Below are positions 1 through 12,990 of a stretch of 64,000 nucleotides of DNA, piece after piece; positions within the stretch are counted from its first letter, which is position 1, and each line of letters starts with the position of its first letter. This DNA is from Iphione sp. A-MEVVRFRX5. Its lineage: Eukaryota. Position numbers and translations under genes: made by a program. Under the pieces are notes generated by a model. It saw only the letters and a program-made list of their open reading frames with translations. It was not told the DNA's origin and made no database searches. The stretch spans positions 81,654,001 through 81,718,000 of the forward strand of contig OZ320314.1 of assembly GCA_976226885.1 (NCBI GenBank), in the 5' to 3' direction.

Positions 1-1076
1 TATTAGCCGGTGCGATTTGTCAAAGGGAGCGTGGTCGACAGCAAAACAAAGACTGAGAAGGTAATGGCATCAACTATGCTAAAATTTGAGCCAAGCTAAC
101 AGAAGGGTGTCCTCTTTTTGCTCCATTCCCCTGATCGTCAGTTGAGATGATGGATTAGCAGCTCATCTTAAAACCAGTCATCTGCGGGCTGGCAGAGACG
201 GATTCCAGGGATTAATTAGATTTAACGTAAATGGGGCTAGACAGTTTGAAAGAGTAGTTATTACCGAGAGGATGCCCATCTGTTTGTAAGGTGTCTCAGT
301 CCTACTGCCTTTTTGATTAAGTATGGCTTCCATATTACGATCACTTGAAAGATGTGGCGCTAGAACAACGTCGACTGCCAAGATCAGAGCAGCAGTGGTC
401 TATTTAAACTGCCCTTTTTCACTGAAGGTATCTTTTTTTGATTCGCATGGCAATCTACATGTCTTAAATTCATTCAGGTCACGCAGAGGCTACAGAATGA
501 ATACTGCTGGTTTAGACACAGCTCCTAAAGATATTTGAGGTACCTGTATTACAGTTTGTGATACTCTGATTAATATGCGTAATGAATATCAATGCATTTA
601 CCACAGTTTGTGCCGTAAGTGGTACAGATTGACTGTAGTCGTTATGGAAGGAATATATTACCAAGAGCCAAGTCTTTGTTCTTATATTATTTCGAATGGA
701 GAACTTTTGCTCTCAGTGAATGACTTTATCGTCACCTTTTGTGCCCCACGTCAGCTTCCCCGTCCCGAAGCAGGCGTGGCTATAATAGTTAAACGTAATT
801 GTTATTTTCTGCCAAATCCTTCGTTTGGTTAACTACTATTTTGCATTCCCATCTATACATGAGTGGCGACCATAGCTTTACTCCTGTTATAAATATTCGC
901 TTGACTCATGGAAGTAATATCGCGAAATGCGAAGTAAACTTCCACCATGGTTCTATTCCGAGCAAAGCGACATTGACAATGAACAAGGCATCATCCATAC
1001 GGCACGTGGTGAAGGCCACATAATAACGGCCTATAAATCCGACGGTTGACTATGCTTTGACAACTGCGTCAGTGTT

Positions 1077-1077
<1 letters not shown>

Positions 1078-1113
<36 letters not shown>
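1078..1113. repeat. (CA)n microsatellite, ~18 units
   Basis: Perfect CA run; it produces the HTHTHT stretch in ORF 1057..1269. Confidence 0.97.
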
Positions 1114-1119
<6 letters not shown>

Positions 1120-4100
1120 CAGCTGAAAAGCAGCCAAGAGGAAAAGCACATTTTCACTTTCACCGCAACTTTAAACACCACGAGAAGCTCTCAGGTTGTT
1201 TCATACAGACTTGAAAGTCGTCCTCAGAAATGGGTTCAGAGAAGACGTGGGCTGGCCACTTTGATGTGAAGGGTGGGCCATTCACCGACAGGACCCAACG
1301 AGGTGGGTCAGAAAAGTCTGTAATCATTACCATTGCCTTTAAAAAGAAGAATAAGGAAAAAGGAGTGAATCTGTATGGGTGGCGGCGGCGGAGCTGCGAC
1401 TGACGCTGTGTCTCCTATATCATTCTTCTCCTTGTGTACACTTTCATTTTCACCGCTGGGTGTCCCAGTAGAGTCGCTCGTCAGTGAGGGTTCTATGAGA
1501 AATACAGTGAAAAGGACAGGAGAAGCTCTTTAAATCTGACCATCAGTGTAGGATGAAAAAGAGGACCTCACAAGCGCGTGCACCTTTGAACTGCCCTGTA
1601 CATAGCAGGCACCGGCTGCTGCTGCTGCTGAGTGGCGCTGAAATGCGATCCTGCTGCCTTATCAGCCATTATCCCCAATACATCGTTCATACTCCCATGT
1701 TATTATTACCAAGAGAGGCGATTCAAACTGAATATAATAATTCTAGGGATTTTATACATTAAACAAAAGTCATGATTTCTACCGCGCAGATGAACTGTGT
1801 TTTGAACTATTTCATTTACATTTTCTCGTGCCTTTTTATATGGAGACAAAAAAGAAGCATCCCACGAGGCACATTTGTTCACAAATCTGAAATCATCTAC
1901 TATAATCTTCAAAGGGAAACGTATTTTTGCGCCCTGTTGAATGACCTGCACTGACATCTTGGACACAGAATGAAATAAACCGACATGATATTGGCAGGAA
2001 ACGGTTAGTCTCGTGCTCTATGACCATTTGGAGGGACCTAGGATACAGGTTACTGACCAATGCGTCCTTTTGTGGTTTTATGAACTCTGGCGACCTTTAG
2101 TATATAACAGCCATAGCCGAACATGACATGGGCTTTGATGTTAGGTTTTTGTTCCAGTGTTTTACATAGTAGTGAGCTCAAATGGACAGCGATAATAAGA
2201 TTTAAATCTATCATACTCTATACACTCCCCCACGACACAGTTGGATCAATACTGAAGTGAACTTTGTAAAAAAAAAAAATTGTCCGTGAATAGAACAAAT
2301 GTAAAATAGATGATATGAATGTTACATGCAAATAATTTGGGAGAGAACAGTTCGGAAGAGCTTATTTGTATACTTTGAAACTGTAAAATTTGAACGGTTA
2401 AATGATTAATTGAAAAACATGGACATTTGAAGCCTTCGACTTATTTTTCACCTAAATAATGTGGGGTCAGGATCGCGCGTCTTAAAACACTGATTCGTGA
2501 TTCATAGGATGCTTGGTCAAAACCTCTAGTGAAATATTTCACTGCATTGTTATATGTATATATGGTGAAGCATTATCAGCAGAATTCCTCAAAGAATAAT
2601 TTGCTCATTTGAATGGGCATGGCAATCGCTGAATTTTCTCCCTTTAAGGTTTTCGTTTCATTTGCCAAATCCCGACTGCTATTACATCCAAGGGTCTACC
2701 ATTTTACACAACCTTTGAGTGAACATCTCATGGTTGTTTTTCGATATGTCCGTTTCGAATGACTTCACACCTCAATGCCCCAATTGTTGACACTCCCTTT
2801 AGTGGCTCAGATGCCTATGCATGTTTTGCACTCGGTGCTTTGATATCTTGAAATAACTTCACACCTTGACATGTTGATTGTAGACTATTCCTCTGTTCAT
2901 TCTGAGCTCGCTGTGCACCATTTCATTCCAATTTATGTTACTCCTACTCAAATGGACGCCTTTGCTTCATTTCCAGTTACAGATATCAGTGGCTGGTGAA
3001 AGTGAAATAGAAAAAAGTGACATTAGACCATAATTCATCACTAGTTTAGTAAATAGTTGTGGCTATACCAAATACATGAGAAGAAATCAGTCATCTGAAA
3101 AAAATTGCCATCCAAACAAATTCAATTGATGGGTGACCCATTTGGTTAATGAAAAGCGCCTGTCCATATACACACGCTAACCAAAACACGAAAACACACA
3201 CATTTATACATGTATATACAATGTATTTATATAATGAACATACACCACGACATTCGTTTGTCATCGAACGCTGACAGGATTTATCAAGGTGTTTGCCATA
3301 CCATCTCATTAGCTGTATCAACTGTATTACTTCGGACCGCCTTGAAGTACATAATCTGGTTTCTGACTGGTTACCCGAATTACATGTTTGTGACTGGTTG
3401 GCAAGATGAACAATTACTCCGTTGAATTAACTTTTAAAAAAAAAAAACACTACATAGTAAATGAAAGGTATACACTATGCTGGGCCAGAGGTGAGAATAT
3501 AGTATTTTACTCATACTTTACTCTAACCGACTTCGTATACAAATGCAATGCAGCATGAAGTGTATCTATAATCAACATCCTTTGCATACATGCATGCTTA
3601 TTATTTTTAGAGTAAAATAACGTACATTTATGTGTGCGTGTTTTGGACAGGTCTCCAATATAACAACGCTGTTTATACTAAGATGTAGCATTAAGGAACG
3701 AATTGTATCGTTAATGTCCTTTAAGAGATTCTAAAATTATCTTTTGGATGTACTTAATTGGTGTGCAGGTAGGATATCCTATTTCAAATTTAATCAAACA
3801 CAGACGAAACCAAGCACTAGCCCTTTCGAAAGTTACTGGCAATTAGAACTTAGTCGTTATTGGCACAGGTGGACGGATTATTACTTCCACGAGGTCCAAG
3901 CAGAGCCGATATTAACTTATCAAATGGTGCTTATTTCATGCAGAGCGGGAGGTATCCGTTTACTCTGGAAATAATTACATGGGCTTGATATTTCATAGGC
4001 TGCAGGGATGGACAAATGCACGTCGTCTTTGCACTAGGGGTTCAGATGTTACCAAATTCGGAGAGATGGCCCTCACAATACCAAACCACTGCCCAGATTT

Positions 4101-4147
4101 AGGATCTGTATGGCAGTAGGGGTAAGGAATGCTCCCGGATGCTTATA

Positions 4148-4317
4148 TAGTAGAGACTCTGTTAAAGACCATTTCATGGAGGAGACCACCCCTGCTGAGA
4201 TTAGCCAGAACAAAAAACCCAATCTTAAAAGAAAAGTGCTTCATAGGGTAGACCACCTCTCAGGAGAGACCAACATCAGCCAGTCCCAAACTTGGTCTCC
4301 TAAGAGAGGCTCTACTG
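4148..4317. mobile_element. Tc1/mariner-superfamily (pogo-like) MITE, 170 bp, TA target-site duplication
   Basis: Left end TA|TAGTAGAGACTCTGTTAAAGACC; right end reverse-complemented TA|CAGTAGAGCCTCTCTTAGGAGACC. Imperfect ~24-bp TIRs, TA on both sides, no coding capacity. Confidence 0.8.
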
Positions 4318-5925
4318 TAAGTAGGTATCTATGGATCAGTGTATGTTTGCACAGCAATTCTTCACATACGGCGAGGCGACAACGATCACAATGAATCCTT
4401 ATCTGGGGAGTAGCCCAAATAAGAAAATGAAATAAAATATACATGTGCGATGTACATCTGAATGTTAGGTCAGTCTAAGGATACTATGCGAGGTCCACTT
4501 TTGTGTGTCTCCAGACCTTTCACAACGGTTACCCGCAGATACACTAAATGGTTCGATGCCCTCCATTCTTTGTTCTATTCTCGTCATCTACACGGGCTTA
4601 GTTCTCCAGGCAATGAGAGTGGTTACATAGAAATGCCGTAGCGGGTATCTTACACAAGAAGCCATCATTTTGCCTTTTCGGTTTGTGAGGTCAGCGAACG
4701 TGCATACCAAGCGGCACACTGAGCTAGATGCCTGTTAAGAGAACGTTGTGACGTTCCGTCTCTGCACCCTTAGCTGCGATTCACCTTTCATAGGGAAAAT
4801 CACATAAATGCTGAAGAGATGAATGAATTTCAGTATAAAAATACCGGAGTTCCGTATACTGTAATGGCGAAGATTGCATTACGCTGTATCATTTTGTTTT
4901 GTAATGAGACAAAGGCTGTACTAAGAACCCATTAGAAACATTAGCCGAATGTTCATCATTGTTCTATTATTTAAATTGTAGTATGGCTAGAGCTAGGAGC
5001 ATAAATTGAAAATCCGATTATAAGATAAATGAATTGGTAGTGCCATGATTTTGTCTAGGCACCTGCACTTCTTTCGCTATTTCTATACATGTAGAGGTCC
5101 TTTTTCTCTTACACATTCTCGCCACCTTTTCCTGGATATCTAATTGTCTGTGCCTGTCTGTCTGTCTGTCTGAGTTCTCTGTTTCTCTTTATTCCTCTTT
5201 GTTAACCTTTTCCCACTCTAAGTACTTTAATTTCCTGGCGACGATATGCGCGGACATAACACACACGCGCACTCGCATCTTCCTCCGGGAATCTGTCGAG
5301 CGGCGTAATAAACGTTCACGTGCATCAAGTAATTGACATCACAGCTTGGCATCCCCAGAGATCACATCTCTTCTGCCGGCGCCAGCCCCGGATGGCGTCC
5401 CCAAGAACCTCAAAAGTTTGCAGTCAAGACTGGTCAGGCTCTTTTGGCTCATGTTCGTTGGCGTGAGAGCACTTCGCAACAATGTGTGCCATAAATACAC
5501 ACACACACACACACACCAGTCACGTACATCGGGCCCAGTGGACCAAGCAGCCAGAGGATCGACAATGAACCATGGATATCATTCATCGGGAAGCACACAC
5601 GCCCCAAAACCGTTTCGAGCTGTTTGAATAAAGTGGAGAAATTAATTAACGGTAGCCTTTTCCACCAAGTTGCGCTTTTAGATACAATATAAAGGGCACA
5701 AGTAACCTACGTTCTTTTGTAGCTACATGCAGAGCTCAGCTTACCTGTATGTGTATATACACTTCACTCTATGTGTATATGTGTGCATACTTATATGGTG
5801 CCATCAATTCTTCATTGCATGCTGATAGCATGCTCGTATATGACCCCTCGTTTTATCACAATTTTGAATACAGCACCGGCCTTGGCCATCAACCTATTCC
5901 CTGTTCATTTGCTACGAGGATATCC

Positions 5926-5938
5926 AGGTCAAAGGTCA
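5926..5938 (+). promoter_or_regulatory. Perfect nuclear-receptor DR1 element AGGTCA-A-AGGTCA
   Basis: Exact match to the canonical DR1 (RXR/HNF4/COUP-TF/PPAR class) inside a CpG-rich island. A near-palindromic AGGTGA-TGACCT lies at 6036..6047. Confidence 0.5.
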
Positions 5939-6055
5939 GGAGAGGGCGCTGGCGACTGTGCTAGCACTTCCGTTTGCTCGCCGCGCATAGCGAACATCTC
6001 GCCGACTTCTTTTTGAACGAAAATTCTGGACGATGAGGTGATGACCTCCGACGGG

Positions 6056-6070
6056 CCACTAGGTGGGAGC
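6056..6070 (+). promoter_or_regulatory. CTCF-like motif CCACTAGGTGGGAGC
   Basis: One mismatch to the core CCRSYAGRKGGCRS; motif match only. Confidence 0.35.
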
Positions 6071-8478
6071 AGCAGAGACGAATTGTTGGGGCCACCAGCG
6101 CTGGTTAGATAGACGGGGTAACTGAAGTATATACTTGAAGTAGACTGCTAAGGAATTTATGACTGAATGCCTCTCTTGGGGCAGTGAAAATAAGCTACGG
6201 TTAGTATGAGCGAATTGCCGATTTATTGTATTGCTTTTCGAGCGCTATGTACCGAAAAAAATAATTAGATCATGTTGACCACAATAGGGAGAATAATGGT
6301 TCAGACCATATGAAAGTAGATTATATTCTATTGAGGTCAAATTCAACATCTCTGTATCACTGACTCAGGAAATCATTTCAGATTTTGCAATTACAAGTAG
6401 GAACGAATGTATTCCATCCGTGGAATATCAGACTATTCGACATTTGTAAGGAGAAAGAACGGGAAGGAACAATTTTGTTATTTTTGTTCAAGGTTCGCAC
6501 AGGAATTGAGGCTACAGCGTAGTTCGCTGGTGCAGAGCCGGCGCTTATCTTTAACAACTACATACAATGAGATAGAGGCGTTAGACTCCAAAGGCCGACG
6601 GGGAAACCTAAACAAGGATCCTTGCAAAGGATGCAATTCCCAGGAGAGTGATAACAGCGCCCTTCCGCATGTTTAGGGATTCCAAGGGGCACCGCACCGG
6701 CGAAACTAAAAGCAATTATGCCTGTTTACTGATGGAAATCCAGTTGGCGCCACAAATGCATTACCGTCGTATTCAACCATACTCCCGTCCCGATTATAAA
6801 TTCAAGGCAGTCGTTATGGGCTCATTAGTGTTGCCGTTGATATTTAAATCATTCGCAAGCGTAGACTATTTTTGACCATTTCCTTAATGCTTCATAATTG
6901 TTTTTGGGACATTCTCAGGGGTTCTCCCGCCTTGCAATCCCGGTAGCGTCCGATCTGGTCGAGTTGTCTATTATCCTGTCTCTACCTAAATATCCAACTT
7001 TCTACCGGGTATCTTTGTCCACTCTAACGCTTCTCACTTCGTCGCACTTCCAGGAAGTAATACAGAGCTGTATTCTGAAGTAATAATCTCTAACTTGGCA
7101 TGAATATTTTCGCAAACCGAACTGCTTAACTTACCTGCGTGCACTCCTCAGTAACGAGAAGAATAACATGTAAACTACCAGTGAAACCATCACCCAGCTG
7201 TAAGCCGTGATGAAAAGCTGAGCAAAATTGATAAGCGCAGACGACGAATGAAGATAGTACATCCGTTGGTCGCCAAAATTCGGCAAGAGTCAGAAGAAAA
7301 TGTCCTTAGGTTATAAAATGCATGTACCATACTGCTATCGCAGGGAAGTTAGAAATGGGTGAAAACTTGTGCACTTTGGAGAATTCAACTACATGGATGG
7401 AAGGACGGGTTCTTGGGGGCAGATATGCAGTGGACCGCTAGGGAGGATTACTGAGACACTGTAGAAGGAGCGCCCTTTATTAATACCGAGATTATTCCTC
7501 GGGGTAAAGGGATTTGGTCACAGAGCAAATCGAATGAAGGGCCGTATGACTAGGCCCATCAGTTGCGCTTACACCACACTGATCTGTGCAGCTCAGCCGC
7601 TCTAGTCAGCCATGTTATGCCATTAGGGTAGATTAGAAGGCGCGGGCGTCGCCCATATCGCTTCCTTCCCCAGGTCCGAGTATCTATCACACCCTGAACC
7701 TGCCAACCTTTCATTATTGATACCTTGGCTTGCCGCTGCCGCCGACACCTCGCCGGTGTTGTCCGCCCACCTCCCCAGACCCTCTGTGAACACCGCCCCC
7801 GATGGCTGTACGGACCGCCTATAACAAGCTGAGCGGCTGTGTCCAACATGTTTCCTGGTGGTGATAAATTTGTCCAGATGCTGGCACGATAAGGCCGCCT
7901 CCTGTCCTTTAATAGCTGCCTGGCCTCCCTTTTGCAGGCATAACAGTCCAGGCAATTTCCTCCACAAACTGCACAGAATGGCACTGAAACATTTGTATCC
8001 GTTGCTCTTGAGGCATAAACGTATCAGTAATCTGTATTCGATGTTATCTATGTCCAAATCGTACTGCTGCCCTGTGCTATTCCGTCCCGGCCCCTGCTAT
8101 CATATACACTAAACTTGTCATACGGCTTATGCTTTATTATCAACGTATGAGAATGTGAGCATCTAATATCTATATGGGACGAGGCAATATGGTGACCTTG
8201 CTATAACACACCGAAAAGAACTCGTAGAAGCACTAGAGGTTTTTAAGCTGATGTACAACTGAACCGTCACCAGTGCAACACGAACTAATTTATCAGGCGA
8301 AGAAAGAGACCTTCAGTTGTGAACCTAGCATGCCTCCTGCTGGCTAAGTCCATCGGGAGAGCTTAGCCCCCTGTATCGAAGCATCATTCAGGCTTCCCGA
8401 AGCCAGAAGGCCAAAGCAGACCACTTCTCGGTCTTGTTTCCATTCCTCTGGCGGTTAGACGACGTGAGCTGGCTTGTT

Positions 8479-8586
8479 AGGTCACATGCCTGACCTACAC
8501 GTGCCACCGACTGACCTGACGCCCTGGCCACGTCAGTGGCGGCTGACGCTGCCCTAACTACCATTTCGTTTGACCTTCCCTGACCG
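8479..8586. promoter_or_regulatory. Cluster of nuclear-receptor half-sites, candidate enhancer
   Basis: AGGTCA 8479, TGACCT 8491, TGACCT 8512, TGACCT 8571, TGACCG 8581. The last pair forms a DR4 on the minus strand and the first pair an IR6. E-box CACGTG at 8498. Confidence 0.5.
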
Positions 8587-9178
8587 GACGCCTACAAGAG
8601 CTGCCTACAAGCAGGTCGTGGCCCACGGGGCCAACTATCTCTACTACTATGTCGCAAGTGCTCTACTCTCTATCCCGTATCCCCAACCGCCCGCCAAGCC
8701 CATCGCTCTTGGTCAGAGACCGGGCAAAATGAACTAAGAATAGACTACATGTATTTATTGCGGCGAATGGCGCCTTTCATGTGTACACAGTGTCAGCGAG
8801 GAACTTGGCCGCGGAATGCTCCCGAGGAGGTTGACGGCAGCTCAAAATACCCGACATACTCCCAATCGTATTGCCCACTGTATACTCTATTGACGCTTAT
8901 CTGTTTTTAAAATTGACGGAGTCCAACTTTAATGAATGTAACTAAACATTAGAATGGAGTATGCATAAGTATTGCAGGGGATTGACGCTGATGGCCCTCT
9001 GAAATAGCTTGAAACCACAGTGTTACTTGGGAGATGACAATATAAATTTAAACATACATCTGAAATCCATGTGCAGACTTCCTACGCCAATGACAAAGCA
9101 TCTGCATGTCATTACAGTTCTTATCTATGCTGACTTTTGTACAAAATCGATGCTTGTCATACAGTTTGTATAGAAAAC

Positions 9179-9206
9179 ACTCATCCGTGTTAACTCATCC
9201 GTGTTA
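9179..9206. repeat. Exact 14-bp tandem duplication (ACTCATCCGTGTTA x2)
   Basis: Directly visible in the sequence. Confidence 0.85.
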
Positions 9207-12200
9207 AAAAAAGTTCTGCCGTTTTGGGTCAGGATGACACCATGAAAACAACTGTATGGATTAAACCGGGATATGTAATGACAGATACACATGACATGAG
9301 CCCCTGACTGTTAGCCTGCTAATCTTGGAGAACAGGTCATTGCTCGGAGGCATCGCGCACCAGGTCGTGCCAATATCCATTTAGAGAACCTGAAGTACTG
9401 AAGCAAGCATCTACACCCATCACAATACTCGGGCATGGACGGCCAATGGGGGAAAGGGCAGGGAGGCGACTATTCTGGGTTAGTGGATCAGCAATGGGCG
9501 GAGCTGTCACACGGCGGGCATACAGATCGGACCATCCTTACCCAAGTAATCAACTGGATGGGTAATAGTACGCCCTCACAACCTACCCTACGATCTGAGC
9601 TACTGGTCGTGATGTATATATAGTGTCGGATGATCCTCCTTGTAGATTCAACTATATTCTGAGGGTATTATGTCAAAATATGATGTCACGAAATGCTCGC
9701 CGAATTAGGTCCGTCTGTTAAATTTAAGAGTCGAAACAAAAGGCAAATACTGCATAAAATCTTCAATTGAAGCACGTATTATTGAAATGGAATGGACCTA
9801 TACGAAAGTCGTAATATTGATCCTTGCTGTATACCATGGTTGGATGACTTATCCATCAGATATAAGAAGCAATTCCATAAGTGTTTAGATTCTAAAACGC
9901 ACGATCATCCTGTGTACACGCGAGAAACTCTCACATTCAAATACTCATTCAAACAAATTTCTACTCTATCACACCAAGATTACCTCTCGACCCGGAATGC
10001 TCTTCAATTATTTAACGGGAAAGGACCTCCATTTATTTCATCAAGCTGGATACAGAAGGGCGGCCAATCCATTCAATTGCGCTTTGTGGCCCAATCACTT
10101 AGTGGAGGGTGGCTGGGGCAGGCAGACGCAGAACCTTTGAAAGAAAGCAGGAGAATTGCTCGCCTTTCTCTCCCCGCCAGAGAGTCGTGGTCAATCGAGT
10201 TGTAGCGAGGGCAGAAGTTTCCTGCAAGTGTCCAGAAGGGAAGGTAGACCTTGTGCCGGCCCATGACAAATTTCCCTGCGAATAGAAGTGGACGTTTTCC
10301 TCGAGCTGACTGTTGAATAGGTGCTACCATAAACCACGGACAAACCGACCCACCGCCAGGTGAAGCAATGAAGGCGTGTCTGTGAGTGCCTAAGGTTGGC
10401 CGGCGATACGTTTTCAGTTGAAACTTCGAGCTAGACGTTGGTAGTTCTTTTGAACGGCGCTCTCAAATCTTTATATTTTGACATTAGATATGGTAGTAAG
10501 AAGATTCCATCTGTGCAAAGGCTGTGATCTCGAACGGAAGAAAATTGCATTCACACTGAACGAATGGGTACTTTTGTAAGTTCCTGCTCAAAACATCCGA
10601 TTTCTATACTACTGGGACCAATTTAGCCTTCTGATATTCTATGTTTACGACATGCTTTCGGCACCTTTATAAGGAAAACATGTTAGAGCTTCTTTTTTAT
10701 ATCTTTATAATCCATCGCTGCAAATACACATGGTTGTTGTCAGTTGTAGGAACCATGACGAAGCAGTAGATATATAAGTAAACGAAGAATATGAGATGCA
10801 ATATTATCATATATTCACAGAGAGGCTAGGTGACAGTGACAGATGCAGAAGAACACGGTTCTCTTGTGGGATATTCGGAAAATAAGGCATACACATAGAC
10901 ATTTATGTAAATTACTCTAATTCAGTTGATTCTCCGACCCCAAAAAAGAGTGTTAAAAAGCCTAGCCCTATGGAGCCCATGAGTGCAGCGAAATCCTTCT
11001 CCAATTTACATTGCTTTAGAATGAGACAATTTATGTGAAAAATCGAATAAAAACTTTATTCCAAGAAGCTTAATTTTGTAAGTACCAGACAGCCCATTTT
11101 CCAAGGACATCTTTAAAACATGAAGTCGTAGCAACCGTGAATACCTTGCTTTTTGTGGATGTCCCTGGTCGCCTAGAAAGATAACGCTCATTAATAATGC
11201 TATCTTTATGGTTGGGAGTGTCTAGTACCCTGATAGCATGCATGGAGGAGACATAAATGCAGACCCCGCCAGGGATCACTCAGTCAACCATCTCCATGTG
11301 CACGTCGGATCAACGTGACACCTTTATGGCACCTACGTGTACAGCCGGCACAAACAGATAAGCGATCAATGGTGCAATTGGATTTGAGGACGGCGCCTGC
11401 TGTGGTCACAGTTCTGCACTGGGAACTGATTTTTTCTCTAGTGTACTGTCTCCAAGAGTCATCAACGTCAGTTAGTTCTTTTCTAAAGTACCAGGAATAC
11501 CCATGATTTCTGTACGTACATGTTTATATATACATGTACATGTAACACCCCAGTAACTACAGGGACATGTCATTGTCTTTTGGTTTCTTGTAAAACCATT
11601 CCCGTTTTATCATAGCCTAGATCAGGCCAAAAGCACATATAAAACCTGATAGATAAACAGATTTGACCGGGTAAGACATATGACCACCGCTGTGCCAGTG
11701 ATGTTGCTGCCTGGTGATGCCTCGCCCGGTCTTCACGTGTTGACGTGCACAGACCGAGAGGCCGGCTCTTGTAAGTCATCCAGAGCTGAAGGATCATCTC
11801 TCCCCATCCACAAGATTAGCATCAGATCTGTGCTGCGAATTGTGCGCTATAGCGGCACTTTGCATGGCGGCCCGCCCCAACAACTCCCAGTTGGAACGCC
11901 TCAGTGCGCATCGCCAGCGACCTATTTCTCTTCATTGCTCCGTCACTGTAGATGCTATCTGGGCGGCATATTTCTCCTCCATGTAACTCTTTCAGGTTTA
12001 ATGCGAGTTCGTCTCTCGGAACATATATGTACGCTCATTGGATATGCGTGTACATGCCAGCAATATTATTCTCATCTGGTCTGTCCTAACCGTAGAGATC
12101 ACACTGGAACACTGCACAGCTAGTAACAAATGCATATGTCCATGTGCCTAGCGATATGTACGTGCTGTGTCATAGAATAAAGGCCACGTTACAGCTAATA

Positions 12201-12616
12201 ATAATAACCTATCCCATCAGGTAGATTGCCTCCTTTTGCCATATATCTCGTGAAAAAAATGAACAACGCTGATGCGTGCTGTCGCGTCATAAGTGGTCCA
12301 GCGGAGCAGATAATAAGCTGCGAGCTTAATCTACATATAATGGCCCCTTTTTCGATGAGTCGAGCATGTTTAGGTGATTACGCAAAAGGTCGTGACTCAG
12401 TTGACTGCAGTGCTTTGATAAATACTGCCGAAAAAGGCGCAGGCAGAGGCGGTGAATTAGACGGCGTGAGTAGACGGCGGTGCGCGACAGCGGCCACTGA
12501 CAGTTCATCCCGAGCGAGGCGCCTGATTGTAAATCTGCCCACTCTGGCAGGGCACGCAGCCCGGACGGGCGCGAGGGGGCATTAATCTCAGGCCCCATGC
12601 CCGCCAGTTACCGGCG

Positions 12617-12631
12617 CCGCCAGTGGGCGCT
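12617..12631 (+). promoter_or_regulatory. CTCF-like motif CCGCCAGTGGGCGCT
   Basis: One mismatch to the CTCF core, within the CpG-rich island ~12430-12860. Confidence 0.4.
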
Positions 12632-12969
12632 GGCGTAGCTCAGCACAGCAGCGGGTCAACAGTGAGGAAGCCAGGAGGACGATCGCCGCTGGTGCCTGGC
12701 TATATACTGATGATAGAGGTAATGGCCGCATCAATGGGGTCCGTCCGTTTTGTCCTCATTTTAAACACCGCAGCATCGCCAGCCCCGATATCCCCTCCGC
12801 GTGTGGTTCGTGGCATCCCCCTGCCGTGCCGAGGTTCGGATGCCGGCTTAGTTGGTCTATTTTGGTTTTCATGTTGATCTCGAGGAGTAGCCACAGCAAT
12901 GTGGATAGTAGTGTGACCTTATTCAGCCACCTAGGGCTTGCAATAATGTTAGCAACATATGAGAGGTAC

Positions 12970-12990
12970 TTAGGGTTAGTGTTAGGGTTA
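12970..12990 (+). repeat. Short telomere-like tract TTAGGG-TTAGTG-TTAGGG-TTA
   Basis: 3.5 hexamer units, one degenerate. Confidence 0.5.
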
